NCBI GenBank assembly: GCA_036475875.1
Contig: JAZGAR010000073.1
Location: forward strand, 1 to 51,417
DNA: 51,417 nucleotides
Source of the DNA: Thermoplasmata archaeon
GTDB taxonomy: Archaea; Thermoplasmatota; Thermoplasmata; GCA-020350865
Direction of reading: 5' to 3'
Under the pieces are notes generated by a model, which was not told where the DNA came from, made no database searches, and saw only the letters and a program-made list of their open reading frames with translations. Position numbers and translations under genes: made by a program. Positions 1 to 10,100 of this stretch are shown here, piece by piece (position 1 is the stretch's first letter; every line of letters begins with the position of its first letter).

Positions 1-255
1 TATTACCTGATAGAACAATTGATTTTTATCAAGAAAAACCGTGCCACCCCCAATTTCCCTTCTGAATATACCAATTTTATGTTTTTCACAAAAATCGAGA
101 TCAAGCTCCTGAGAAATATCCAGATGAAAACCCACGCATGCATATTCTTCTTTTGGGGTACAAATTATTATAGACTCTTCCCCACATCGTGCTAGTGCGT
201 GGTAAATTAACTGGGTCTGCTTCCAGGGTAAAGCTCCTAGATCATACAATATCAT
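1..255 (-). CDS. lipoate-protein ligase-like protein, N-terminal 85 codons only (gene runs off the left edge)
   Basis: Not in the ORF track because it is truncated. My minus-strand translation from ATG 255 gives MILYDLGALPWKQTQLIYHALARCGEESIIICTPKEEYACVGFHLDISQELDLDFCEKHKIGIFRREIGGGTVFLDKNQLFYQVI. It is colinear with, and about 60% identical by eye to, the N-terminus of the 318-aa ligase-like ORF at 40021..40977 (shared RRExGGGTVxLD...NQLFYQVI). Confidence 0.75.
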   Translation of the reverse strand, partial: MILYDLGALPWKQTQLIYHALARCGEESIIICTPKEEYACVGFHLDISQELDLDFCEKHKIGIFRREIGGGTVFLDKNQLFYQVI

Positions 256-534
256 ATGGCATTGGAATATGGTCTTTCGTATTAAAATTTCCCATATTCA
301 TTTTTTATTACTTTACAAGATATCGACTCTTATTAGATTAAACCGTTCTACATTTGTTATTGACCAATTGCACCTATAAATTATTGGTCTTTTAATTATA
401 AAAACAACCCTTAATATATATTGTTTTAACGTTTTTCGTTTATTTATCGCTGAATATCATTGGTTAATAGCTAAACCATTACATTTAAGTGCTGAGAAAT
501 TAATACTGTAATGACGATATGTTGATAACTAATG

Positions 535-550
535 CCGAAATATATAAAAA
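535..550 (+). promoter_or_regulatory. archaeal BRE/TATA-like promoter for the glcD-like gene
   Basis: CCGAAA followed by TATATAAAAA, ending about 40 nt upstream of ATG 592, in an AT-rich divergent intergenic region. Confidence 0.4.
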
Positions 551-591
551 TATTGATATTAAATGTAATAATTCGATGAGTTGATGGCGAT

Positions 592-2094
592 ATGTATAAA
601 GAAACCGAGGAGATTTATAATAAGGTAATACATATAACTGGAAAAGATAGGGTAAAAATCGATCCTTTTGAAAGACGAATGTACAGCCACGATTTGGCTT
701 CACTGCCTAAGATTATGGAATTGGGCTTTAAAATGATGCCTGATCTTGTTGTGAAACCGAAAAGTGCAAAAGAAATTGCGGAAATAGTAAAGATCGCAGC
801 ACAGGAGGGTATTCCTATAGTCCCAAGGGGTGGGGCTAGCTGGGGTTTAGGTGGGGCAATGCCTGTGGCTGGTGGAATAGTTCTTGATTTGACCAGGATG
901 AATAGAATACGGGATTATGATTACGATAACCATATAGTGACCGTGGAAACCGGTATAACGTGGAAGACGCTCTACGACACATTACTTCGAAAGGGCTATA
1001 TCATAGGCTCATATCCAAGCAGCGCAATGGCAGCCACCGTGGGAGGTTGGATCAACACAGGTGGTGTGGGAGTAGGAACATACAAATACGGATCTGCTAT
1101 GGACCATGTAAAATCCTTGGAGGTAGTTCTTCCCACGGGAAAAATTCTTGAAACAGGAAATTTCAGAACCTCCATTTTCGGGGGAATGGATCTTAATAAA
1201 TTGTTTTTCGGATCCGAAGGCACACTGGGAATAATAACAAGGGCCAGCATGAGGATATATCCTGCACCGGAAGAGCTGCGCCCCATCTCCCATGGTTTCT
1301 CAAATTTTCGAGAACTTTCGCAGGTTGTGAGGCAAATAACATTTTCCGATGTGACTCCTCTTCACATTTCATTTTTAGATAGATTCCACTTTGATTTTCT
1401 TCGGGATTTAGGGATACACACTCCCGATCCCAAGATCCAGGGTATGTTAAATATTGCACTGGAAGGAGATTCTGCGGTATTGGATTTAGAGGAGAAGGTC
1501 CTTGATAAAATCGCAGCCAAACAAAAAGGGCAAAAACAGGATGCTCAAATTGCAAAACATGAATGGGATGAAAGATTTTATGAACTTCGAACCAAAAGAG
1601 CGGGTCCCACAGCAACCCTTGGCGAGGTCTTTGTCCCAATATCCGAGATGTCGAATATGGTGGATTCAACCTATAGACTCATAAAAAGAATGAAACTGAG
1701 AGCCGCCATAACCGGCATGGTGAGTGATAGAAACACCGTTGTCTTCATGCCCTATTATCTTTCGGATGAGCGTAAATTGATAAGGAACATGGTCTCACTT
1801 TCATTTGTTAAGAAATTGGGCGATTTGGCCTTCGAGCAGGGCGGTCGACCTGCAGGTTTGGGACTCTTCGTCTCCGGTAATCTCAAGAAGATGTACGGTC
1901 ATGGTTGGGATACGATGCGGGAACTCAAAGCGGTCCTCGATCCATACGATATAATGAACCCTGGTAAAACCACTGAGGGACTGACCAGATTCGGAATACC
2001 CTTACCGCCTTTTACTCTGAACATGGGTATGAACTTCATGGCTTGGATCAAACATCTGATGACCAAGGACAAAAAGGTGATTAGATGGGGATAA
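592..2094 (+). CDS. FAD-linked oxidase, GlcD / D-lactate dehydrogenase family
   Basis: 500 aa. PCMH-type FAD-binding segment (VVKPKSAKEIAEIVKIAAQEGIPIVPRGGASWGLGG...GGIVLDL) and a C-terminal FAD-oxidase-like end (...LDPYDIMNPGK). Overlaps the downstream Fe-S partner by 10 nt. Confidence 0.85.
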   Translation: MYKETEEIYNKVIHITGKDRVKIDPFERRMYSHDLASLPKIMELGFKMMPDLVVKPKSAKEIAEIVKIAAQEGIPIVPRGGASWGLGGAMPVAGGIVLDLTRMNRIRDYDYDNHIVTVETGITWKTLYDTLLRKGYIIGSYPSSAMAATVGGWINTGGVGVGTYKYGSAMDHVKSLEVVLPTGKILETGNFRTSIFGGMDLNKLFFGSEGTLGIITRASMRIYPAPEELRPISHGFSNFRELSQVVRQITFSDVTPLHISFLDRFHFDFLRDLGIHTPDPKIQGMLNIALEGDSAVLDLEEKVLDKIAAKQKGQKQDAQIAKHEWDERFYELRTKRAGPTATLGEVFVPISEMSNMVDSTYRLIKRMKLRAAITGMVSDRNTVVFMPYYLSDERKLIRNMVSLSFVKKLGDLAFEQGGRPAGLGLFVSGNLKKMYGHGWDTMRELKAVLDPYDIMNPGKTTEGLTRFGIPLPPFTLNMGMNFMAWIKHLMTKDKKVIRWG

Positions 2095-3239
2095 AGATAG
2101 AGGGAATCGCAGAAGATCTGTACTCATGCCTTCAGTGCGGTTATTGCACATCCATATGTCCCATGTATGAACAGCTCGGATGGGAGTCGGCATCCCCCAG
2201 AGGGAAAATCTTCTATATCAAGCAGTTGACCCAAAAAAATCTGTTGGACAAGATACTCCGCAGGGAAATAGTGGTTACCGAGGAATTTATAACTAGAATG
2301 TACCAATGCACAGGCTGCGGTGCCTGTGAAGAGGTATGTCATGTAAATATCAAACTGCATGATTTCTGGAAAAAGGTCAAGGAATGGCTCTTTGAGGAAG
2401 GACTCATCAGCATTGAAGCCCACAAAAGGGTCCATGATAGGATCCACCAGTTCAAAAATCCCTTTGCGGAACCCCCTGAAAACAGGGGTAATTGGCTTCC
2501 TGACGACATTAAACTCTCAAAAAATCCCGAGGTTATATTTTTCACGGGGTGTACGGAGGCCTACAGAAAACAGGAGATGGCAATTACCACTGCAAGGTTG
2601 CTACAGAAAGTGGATGTTCCCTTCACTATTCTCGGCTCTGAAGAATGGTGCTGCGGTTCAATTTGCATCAACACAGGACAGATTGATTATATCAAACAGT
2701 TCGCAACTCATAACGTCGAAGCCATCAAAAAAACAGGTGCTAAAACATTGGTTATTGCCTGTGCTGGATGTTATAATACGATCAAAAACGAATATCCAAA
2801 AATCGTAGGGGATTTGCCCTTTAAATTATTCCACGTTTCCGAATATCTAGAGAAATTGATCAAAGAAGACAGATTGCAATTCACAAAATCCATAGAAAAA
2901 ACCGTTACCTTCCATGATTCTTGTCACCTCGGAAGAGGGGCAGGTGTGTTCGATGCACCACGAAATGTTATAAAGAGCATTCCAGGTATAAAATTGGTGG
3001 AGATGTTGAGGAGCAGGGAGCTTTCAAGATGTTGTGGTGCCGGATGCGGATGTGTGGCAGCATTCAGAAACATCGCCGTGGCTTTGGCGTTGGAGAGAGT
3101 TCATGAGGCACAAGATACAGGTGCGGAAATGATAGTCACCACATGCCCATTCTGCAATCTAAACCTGAACAATGTGGCAGCAGATAACGGTTTGATCAAA
3201 ACCGTGGATGTGGTTCAATTGGCTTATCAGGCCGTTTAA
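2085..3239 (+). CDS. Fe-S oxidoreductase, GlcF/HdrD-like (2x[4Fe-4S] plus two CCG domains)
   Basis: CLQCGYCTSICP and CTGCGACEEVC ferredoxin motifs, then two Cys-rich CCG segments (FFTGC...EEWCCGS and FHDSCH...SRCCGAG). Confidence 0.85.
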   Translation: MGIKIEGIAEDLYSCLQCGYCTSICPMYEQLGWESASPRGKIFYIKQLTQKNLLDKILRREIVVTEEFITRMYQCTGCGACEEVCHVNIKLHDFWKKVKEWLFEEGLISIEAHKRVHDRIHQFKNPFAEPPENRGNWLPDDIKLSKNPEVIFFTGCTEAYRKQEMAITTARLLQKVDVPFTILGSEEWCCGSICINTGQIDYIKQFATHNVEAIKKTGAKTLVIACAGCYNTIKNEYPKIVGDLPFKLFHVSEYLEKLIKEDRLQFTKSIEKTVTFHDSCHLGRGAGVFDAPRNVIKSIPGIKLVEMLRSRELSRCCGAGCGCVAAFRNIAVALALERVHEAQDTGAEMIVTTCPFCNLNLNNVAADNGLIKTVDVVQLAYQAV

Positions 3240-3266
3240 ATCTGCTCCTACTCCCTTGGATCCTCA

Positions 3267-3273
3267 TTTTTTT
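3267..3273 (+). terminator. oligo-T tract after the glcDF-like pair
   Basis: TTTTTTT lies 28 nt after the stop at 3239, in the 46-nt convergent gap. Confidence 0.3.
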
Positions 3274-3285
3274 CGATTACGTAAA

Positions 3286-6282
3286 TTACAATGCTCTATC
3301 CACCATGGCCATTAACTGCCCTGGCTCGAATTGTCTCAAAAAAGGTACATTGGAAGGGCAGATGCACGAGCATGCACCGCAACCCATACAAAGAGCCTCG
3401 TTAACCTCGGCTATCCCGGTTTCGTCGTTGACGTTTATCGCATTGTAGGCACAATTTGTTTCACAGAGTCCACAGCCAGAACACCTTTCCTCGTCCACAA
3501 CCGCAGAAATGCCTTCAGTGAAGAGCTGTTTTTTGGAAAGTATGGTCATTGCTCTTGCCGCTGCACCGCTCGCTTGGGAAATGGTCTCGTCAATGAATTT
3601 CGGAGAATGACATGTACCGCACAAGAATATTCCTGCTGCGGCGAAATCAACAGGTCTGATTTTCATATGTGCCTCCAAGAAAAATCCATGCTCAGTTAGG
3701 GGGACCTTTAGAATCTTGGCCAACTCTTCGTTCTCTTCATGGGGAACTGTCGCAGTGCTCAGTACCAGCATATCGGGTTTAAAGACCAGTTTTTTCTTCA
3801 ATATATGATCGTTTACAGAGACCTTTAATTTTTCACCATCGTTAACAACCTTAGGCCTATCATCATCGCCATAAGATATGAAGAATACACCTTTCTCCCT
3901 TGCTTTTCGATAGAACTCCTCCCTGAACCCGTAGGTCCTTAAATCCCGGTATAAGATATAGATGTTCGAGTCAGGATTTTGTCTCTTGAGTTTTAGGGCA
4001 TTTTTCACGGCTTCAGAACAACAAACCCGGCTGCAATATTCCCGACCTTCTTCTCTTGAACCAACACATTGGATCATCACTACGCTTTTTCCTGAAAAAC
4101 CTTCGTCATGAAGCTTCTTGTCGAATTCCAATTGTGTCATCACTCTAGGATCTTCACCGTAAAGGTATTGGCCCTTCGGTTTTAGCTCCTTTGCACCTGT
4201 TGCAACCACAATAACTCCTGCCTCGACCTCGATGGCCATATCTTTTTGCGATATATTTGCAGTGAAATTACCAATATAACCGTTAACATTGCTGAGAGCA
4301 GCATCCGTAAAAACCTCGATTTTTTCGTTACTGCTCACCATACCAATGATTTCTTTTAATACCTTCTTCGGATCTTCACCAGTCAATGTATGATGTATAT
4401 TAAGAAGATTACCTCCCAGTTCTTTCTCCTTCTCGACGAGATAAACCTTGCTGCCCTGACCCGCTAGATCCAGTGCGCTGGTCATACCTGCTACCCCCCC
4501 GCCTATAACCAAAGCAGCATTTTTGCATTCCACGGGTGTTTTATGCACCGACTTGTTCCTTCTAACCTTTTCAACAGCCATGGCGACCAAATGTTTTGCT
4601 TTTTCTGTCGCTTTCTCAGGCTCGTTTTTATGCACCCAGGAACTGTGCTCTCTAGTGCTCGTTAACTCGAATAGATAAGGATTCAATCCCGCCTCTTTAA
4701 CGGTGTTTTGAAACAAAGGTTCATGCGTTCTAGGCGTGCAGGATGCAACTATTACTCTATTCAAATTATGCTCTTCGATCTTTTCCCTGATCTTCCCTTG
4801 CGTATCCTGAGAGCATGTATAGAGATTATGCTCCGCATGAATGACATTAGGCAGGGTCATAGCATACTCCGTTACCATAGGGACATCCACAACACCGCCA
4901 ATATTAATGCCACAATGACAGCAGAACACCCCTATCCTCGGCTCCTCACCTTTAATCTCCTTTTCAGGCGGATATTCTTTGAAGGTCACGAGGCTGTTCC
5001 TCTCCGAGGATATCGGGCTAGAGGCCTTTATAGCGGCACCGCTGGCTTGAGAAACTGTATCAGGAATATCTTTTGGTGAGGAGAAGACACCGCTGACGTA
5101 AATACCTGGTCTTGAGGTTCCCATAGGGGAAAAGAGTTGGGTTGAACAAAAACCATATTCATTGAGGTCTATCCCGAATATCCTTCCCAATTCCTTGATG
5201 TCCTCGGAAGGTTCCAACCCCACCGAAAGCACCACGAGATTGAACTCTTCCTCTTTTAATTCTCCATCCTCGGTTCGGTATACGATTCTGAGGTCGCTTG
5301 TTCCTGGAATTTCCTCGATATGTGCGATCCTACAGCGCGTGTAGTTCACACCATACTCTTTTTTTGCCCGCTCGTAGTACTCATCAAATCCTTTGCCGTA
5401 GGTTCGCATATCCATGTAAAATATGTGGCATTCCGTACCTTTAGTATGATCTTTTACAATGATCGCCTCTTTTGTAGCATAGGTACAGCATACGGCAGAA
5501 CAGTACTGCCTCTCTACCCTCACATCCCTTGAGCCAATACATTGAATCCATGCGATCTTCATGGGATGTTTTCCATCTGAAGGGCGAAGTACGGTACCTG
5601 CAAAAGGCCCGGATGCATTGAGGATTCTCTCGAATTGCATGCTTGTAATGACATTGTCATAAACTCCATAGCCGTACTCGCTTTTTATCGAAGGATCGAA
5701 CGTTTCAAAACCAGGTGATAACACTATAGAACCGACTCTGAGTTCCATTTTCTCCTCTTTTTGGTCGTAATCGACGGCATTTGCCTTGCAGTACTGCTCA
5801 CATAATCCACAGCCCATACAATGATCCCTATCGATACGATATCTCAGAGGAACAGCTTGAGGAAACGGGATGAAAGTCGCACTTCTAAGGCCTATACCTC
5901 TATCAAATTCGCTTATCGCCTCCCTGGGACAATATTGGGCGCATAATCCGCATCCAGTGCATTTTTCCTCGTCAATATACCTGGGATGCTTGATCAATCG
6001 GACAGTGAAATTTCCGATCTCACCCTCCACCTCATTGATATCAGAGCATGTTATGACCTCTATGTTATGATGTCTTCCTGTTCCCACAAGTGTTGGGGCG
6101 ATGGTGCACATGGCGCAATCGTTGGTGGGAAAGGTCTTATCCAAAGCAGCCATGACTCCTCCAATACTGCTGGTCTTTTCCACCAGATAAACCTTGAATC
6201 CAGATTCGGCCAAGTCCAAGGAAGTCTGCATCCCGCTGATACCGCCACCAACAACCAGAACGGCACCAACCACATCCCCCAT
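3286..6282 (-). CDS. hdrA: tandem HdrA-like flavo-iron-sulfur protein (two HdrA units in one chain)
   Basis: The ORF track gives 3286..6333. I place the start at ATG 6282 (MGDVVGAVLVVGGGISG), preceded by GGAGGGG and one nt after the upstream stop. Unit 1 has GGGISG, DKTFPTNDCAMC, an inserted ferredoxin (CTGCGLCAQYCP, CMGCGLCEQYC) and CIGSRD...CSAVCC. An HdrA N-domain follows (IGVFCCHCGINIGG...ASCTPRTHE). Unit 2 has GGGVAG, CVGSRE...CSRVCC and a C-terminal CSGCGLCETNC/CMGCGACSCICP. Confidence 0.9.
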   Translation of the reverse strand: MGDVVGAVLVVGGGISGMQTSLDLAESGFKVYLVEKTSSIGGVMAALDKTFPTNDCAMCTIAPTLVGTGRHHNIEVITCSDINEVEGEIGNFTVRLIKHPRYIDEEKCTGCGLCAQYCPREAISEFDRGIGLRSATFIPFPQAVPLRYRIDRDHCMGCGLCEQYCKANAVDYDQKEEKMELRVGSIVLSPGFETFDPSIKSEYGYGVYDNVITSMQFERILNASGPFAGTVLRPSDGKHPMKIAWIQCIGSRDVRVERQYCSAVCCTYATKEAIIVKDHTKGTECHIFYMDMRTYGKGFDEYYERAKKEYGVNYTRCRIAHIEEIPGTSDLRIVYRTEDGELKEEEFNLVVLSVGLEPSEDIKELGRIFGIDLNEYGFCSTQLFSPMGTSRPGIYVSGVFSSPKDIPDTVSQASGAAIKASSPISSERNSLVTFKEYPPEKEIKGEEPRIGVFCCHCGINIGGVVDVPMVTEYAMTLPNVIHAEHNLYTCSQDTQGKIREKIEEHNLNRVIVASCTPRTHEPLFQNTVKEAGLNPYLFELTSTREHSSWVHKNEPEKATEKAKHLVAMAVEKVRRNKSVHKTPVECKNAALVIGGGVAGMTSALDLAGQGSKVYLVEKEKELGGNLLNIHHTLTGEDPKKVLKEIIGMVSSNEKIEVFTDAALSNVNGYIGNFTANISQKDMAIEVEAGVIVVATGAKELKPKGQYLYGEDPRVMTQLEFDKKLHDEGFSGKSVVMIQCVGSREEGREYCSRVCCSEAVKNALKLKRQNPDSNIYILYRDLRTYGFREEFYRKAREKGVFFISYGDDDRPKVVNDGEKLKVSVNDHILKKKLVFKPDMLVLSTATVPHEENEELAKILKVPLTEHGFFLEAHMKIRPVDFAAAGIFLCGTCHSPKFIDETISQASGAAARAMTILSKKQLFTEGISAVVDEERCSGCGLCETNCAYNAINVNDETGIAEVNEALCMGCGACSCICPSNVPFLRQFEPGQLMAMVDRAL

Positions 6283-6283
6283 T

Positions 6284-7174
6284 CTACAACCCCTCCGCAA
6301 TCGAATAGGTCGGTGATGCATCCACATGGCCAAAAGGTAGGATCATCTGCTTTTTCCACAATCTTCCCACATGAAGGAATACGATTTTTGTTGGGATTCC
6401 TAGATCCTCTGAGAGCTGCTCCACTGTTTTGGGTTCCGATCTTACAGCATCCAATATCCTACTGCGAATGTACTCATCGCTCACAAATTCATCCATCCAT
6501 TCATCGAATTTTTGCTGGGGAATTTTTTCGCCGTAAACGTTGCTTTCCTCCGTAAGTTTCCTTTCCCTACCCACAACCGCCCGGAGTTTGAATCTCTCAG
6601 AAGCATGTTTAGCACCGAGTAGTCCCTTCATTTTCTCATGGTCCACTTCCGTCCCCTTGAATAGAGGATTCGGACCAAGGGATGTTATGCGCTTTGTGAA
6701 CTCCTTCACAACCTCAGCGAATTTTGGTCCCTCTGCGGCTGAGACCCATTCCAAATGCATTCTTTCAGGCATGATTTCGGTCTTGGCAAGAAGCATCTTT
6801 ATCATCTTCACCTTTTTCTCGGCATTATAATTTCCAGTGAGATAATGACAGTCTCCTGGATGACACCCCATAACAAGCACACCATCTAAACCCTGTTCGA
6901 AAGCCTCGAAGACCATACTGGGATCGATGCTGCCTGTGCACATGACCCTGATAATCCTCACCGTGGGAGGCAACTGAATCCTGCTTATTCCTGCCAGGTC
7001 TGAAGCAGCGTAACTGCACCAGTTGCAAAGTAGTCCTAAGATATTGGGTTCGAAATTTGTATCCCCTCCACTACGATCAGTATCGCCATGATCTTTTGGG
7101 TTGCCTTCCATTTCAGAGCCGGCCATATCTATACCACCTCCATTATCGGCTGAAGGTTCTTTTTCATCATCCAT
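6284..7174 (-). CDS. mvhD: MvhD-like [2Fe-2S] subunit with a ~125-aa C-terminal extension
   Basis: LLCNWCSYAASDLAG...RVMCTG...MGCHPGDCHY. The ATG overlaps the upstream stop (TAATG), with AGGAGG 7 nt upstream. The tail from about residue 170 is homologous to the tail of 10185..14258. Confidence 0.85.
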   Translation of the reverse strand: MDDEKEPSADNGGGIDMAGSEMEGNPKDHGDTDRSGGDTNFEPNILGLLCNWCSYAASDLAGISRIQLPPTVRIIRVMCTGSIDPSMVFEAFEQGLDGVLVMGCHPGDCHYLTGNYNAEKKVKMIKMLLAKTEIMPERMHLEWVSAAEGPKFAEVVKEFTKRITSLGPNPLFKGTEVDHEKMKGLLGAKHASERFKLRAVVGRERKLTEESNVYGEKIPQQKFDEWMDEFVSDEYIRSRILDAVRSEPKTVEQLSEDLGIPTKIVFLHVGRLWKKQMILPFGHVDASPTYSIAEGL

Positions 7175-10100
7175 TACACAGCCTCCTTCTGAGCCATGGC
7201 CTTAATCTCGGCAACGATCTGATTCAAAGTGAAATGCGGCGCCGTAATCGCCCTCTCAGGACAGCTTGCTCTGCAGGAACCGCATCCTTTACACAGAACT
7301 TCAGTCACATTCGCCTTGCCTTCTTCATCCTTGACAATCGCGCCATATGGACAGACGATTTCGCAGGTGCCACATCCGCTGCATTTCTCCCTGTCCACAA
7401 CTGAAGGTAGCCCCTCCGCTTCAATTGTCTCCTTGGACAATATGGTTGTTGCTCTGGATGCTGCGCCCATGGCCTGGGAGATGCTCTCATCCACGAATTT
7501 TGGTGAGTGTGCCAAACCGCATAAGAACACACCCTCAGTTGCGAAGTCCACGGGGCGCAGTTTCATATGTGCCTCCAAGAAAAATCCGTCCTTGTTCAAA
7601 GGCACCTTCAACATCTTCGCCAGTTCTTCATTCTCTGGATATGGATAGATACCTGCACTCAACACCAAAATGTCTGGTCTGAATATCAATTTCTTTTTTA
7701 GTATTGGATCTACAACAGATACCTTAATCGATTTTCCTTCCTTAACAACCTCTGGTTTTTCCTCATCTTCATACCTGATAAAAAATACACCTTTTCTCCT
7801 GGCCTCCCTATACCAATTCTCTGCAAAACCGTATGTCCTGATGTCCCTATACAAAACGTATACCTTTACAGATGGATCGATTTTTTTGATTTTTAGGGCG
7901 TTTTTAACCGCGTGGGTACAGCACAGTCTGCTGCAATGACTGTGTTCATGATCTCTTGATCCAACACATTGTATCATAACCACTGTATTTCCAGAAAATT
8001 CTCCTTCAACAATTTTTTTCTCCAATTCAAGCTGTGTTAGGACCCTCTTATCCTCACCATAAAGATATTCTTTGGGGGAATGTTCATATCCGCCTGTAGC
8101 TACAATAATAATTCCATGCTCCAAGAGCTCCTCTTTTCCGTCTTTCATTATGGTGGTTTTATAACCTCCTACATAACCATCGATGTTTTCTATTTCTGAG
8201 CCAAGATACAGATTGATATTCTCGTGCGCCTCAACTTCACCTATAAGATCGTTCAACCTTTTTCGTGGGTCTTCTCCTTCTAAAAGATAATGAAGCCTGT
8301 TCAGATTGCCTCCAAGTTTTTTCTCCCTTTCTATGAGATGAACCTTAAAGCCCTGGTTCGCCAATTCCAAGGCAGCGGTCATACCTGATAATCCTCCTCC
8401 TATCACCAAACCAGCATGATCCACGTTCAAAGGTTCTTTATGCAAGGGCTGGAGTAAACTTGTCTTTGCCACGGCCATCCTGATGAGATCCTTAGCTTTT
8501 TTTGTGGCCTTTTTCTTTTCATGCATATGTATCCAAGAGCACTGGTCTCTGATGTTTGCCATTTCAAATAGGTATTGGTTCAGCCCCGCTTCTCTAACGG
8601 TTCTTCTGAAAAGGGGTTCATGTGTCCTTGGAGTGCATGAGGCCACAATAACCCTGTTTAAATTATGCTCTTTTATTTTTTCCTTGATGCGCTCTTGAGT
8701 ATCCTGTGAGCATGTGTAGAGGTTGTGTTCCGCATAAACCACGTTAGGCAATGTCTTCGCATAATCCGCAGCCTCTGGAACACTCACCACCCCTCCGATA
8801 TTTATTCCGCAATGACAAACAAAAACCCCGATCCTCGGCTCTTCAGAAATAACATCCCTCTCTACCGGAAATTCCTCAACTGCAGTCAACCTGTTCCTCT
8901 CGGAGGATAGGATTGCAGAAGCCCTTACAGCTGCACCGCTCGCTTGAGCAACGCTATCAGGTATATCTTTGGGGGCGGAGAAAGCTCCGCAAACATAGAT
9001 TCCTTTCCTCGTTGTATCCAATGGGAAAAACCTCTTCGTGGCGCAGAATCCGTCTTCGTTCAATTGAAATCCAAAAGTCCCTGCCAATTCCTCAGCATCA
9101 GAAGGTGAGCGCAGTCCTGCAGCCAAAACCACCATGTCAAATTCCTCTTGTTTTAATTCTCCGTTCTCCTCCCTATAGGTGATCAAAAGGTTATTCGTGC
9201 CTATTTTTTCCTCTACATCCGCTATCCTACACCGCGTATATTTCACGCCATATTCATCCCTAGCACGATGAAAGTAATCGTCAAATTCCTTTCCAAAAGC
9301 ACGCATGTCCATATAGAAAACATGCGCTTCAAGTCCAGGGGCATGCTCCTTTGCTACAAACGCCTCTTTTGTTGAGAACATGCAGCAAACAGATGAACAA
9401 TAACCCATTCCGCCATGAGGATCCCTAGAACCAACACATGAGATGAAGGCTATTCTCTTTGGCACCTCCCCATCCGAAGGCCGAATCACGGTCCCACCAA
9501 AGGGACCAGAGGCGCTCAATATGCGTTCGAATTCCAAGCTCGTAATTACGTTTGGATATATGCCATAGCCGTATTCCGATTTTAATTCTGCCTGAAACTC
9601 CTCAAAGCCTGGAGCCAATATAACAGAGCCAACCTCGATATTGATTTCCCTACTTTGCTGGTCATAATCGATTGCCTTGGCCTTGCAGATTTTTTCACAA
9701 AGCCCGCACCCAATACATCTTTCGATATCAATTATGAAAACCAAAGGAATGGCCTGGGGATATTTAACGAATACCACATTTCGAATACCAAGACCTCTAT
9801 CATATTCATTAACCGCCTCTAAAGGACAGAACGTCGCACATAATCCGCAACCAGTACATTTTTCTTCGTCGATGTATCTTGGTTGTACCGTTATAGTAAC
9901 GTCGAACCTTCCGGGATCTCCTTCAATATTCTTTACTCTAGCATTGGAGATAAGCGTGATGTTTCTATGCCTACCAGTATCTACCAATTTCGGTGCCATG
10001 GTACACATGGCGCAATCATTCGTGGGAAACGTTTTATCCAATTGGGACATCACACCCCCAATACTGGATGACTTTTCCAAGAGGTAGACCTTAAATCCAG

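Noticed and set aside
3661-3687. A 27-nt run (TTTCATATGTGCCTCCAAGAAAAATCC) identical at 3661..3687 and 7561..7587.
   Set aside because: Both copies encode the conserved peptide FFLEAHMK in paralogous HdrA units, and the flanking DNA diverges immediately. Conserved peptide plus codon bias (or minor gene conversion) explains this; it is not a mobile or regulatory repeat.
5986-6555. A 189-aa plus-strand ORF, together with many similar 60-250-aa ORFs antisense to hdrA, nuoF-like and other genes (for example 12579..13139, 21379..22014, 23820..24359, 28854..29597, 1193..1669).
   Set aside because: All lie inside genes with strong motif support on the other strand. Their translations are low-complexity and Ser/Pro/Leu-rich with no recognisable motifs, as expected for antisense frames of long genes.
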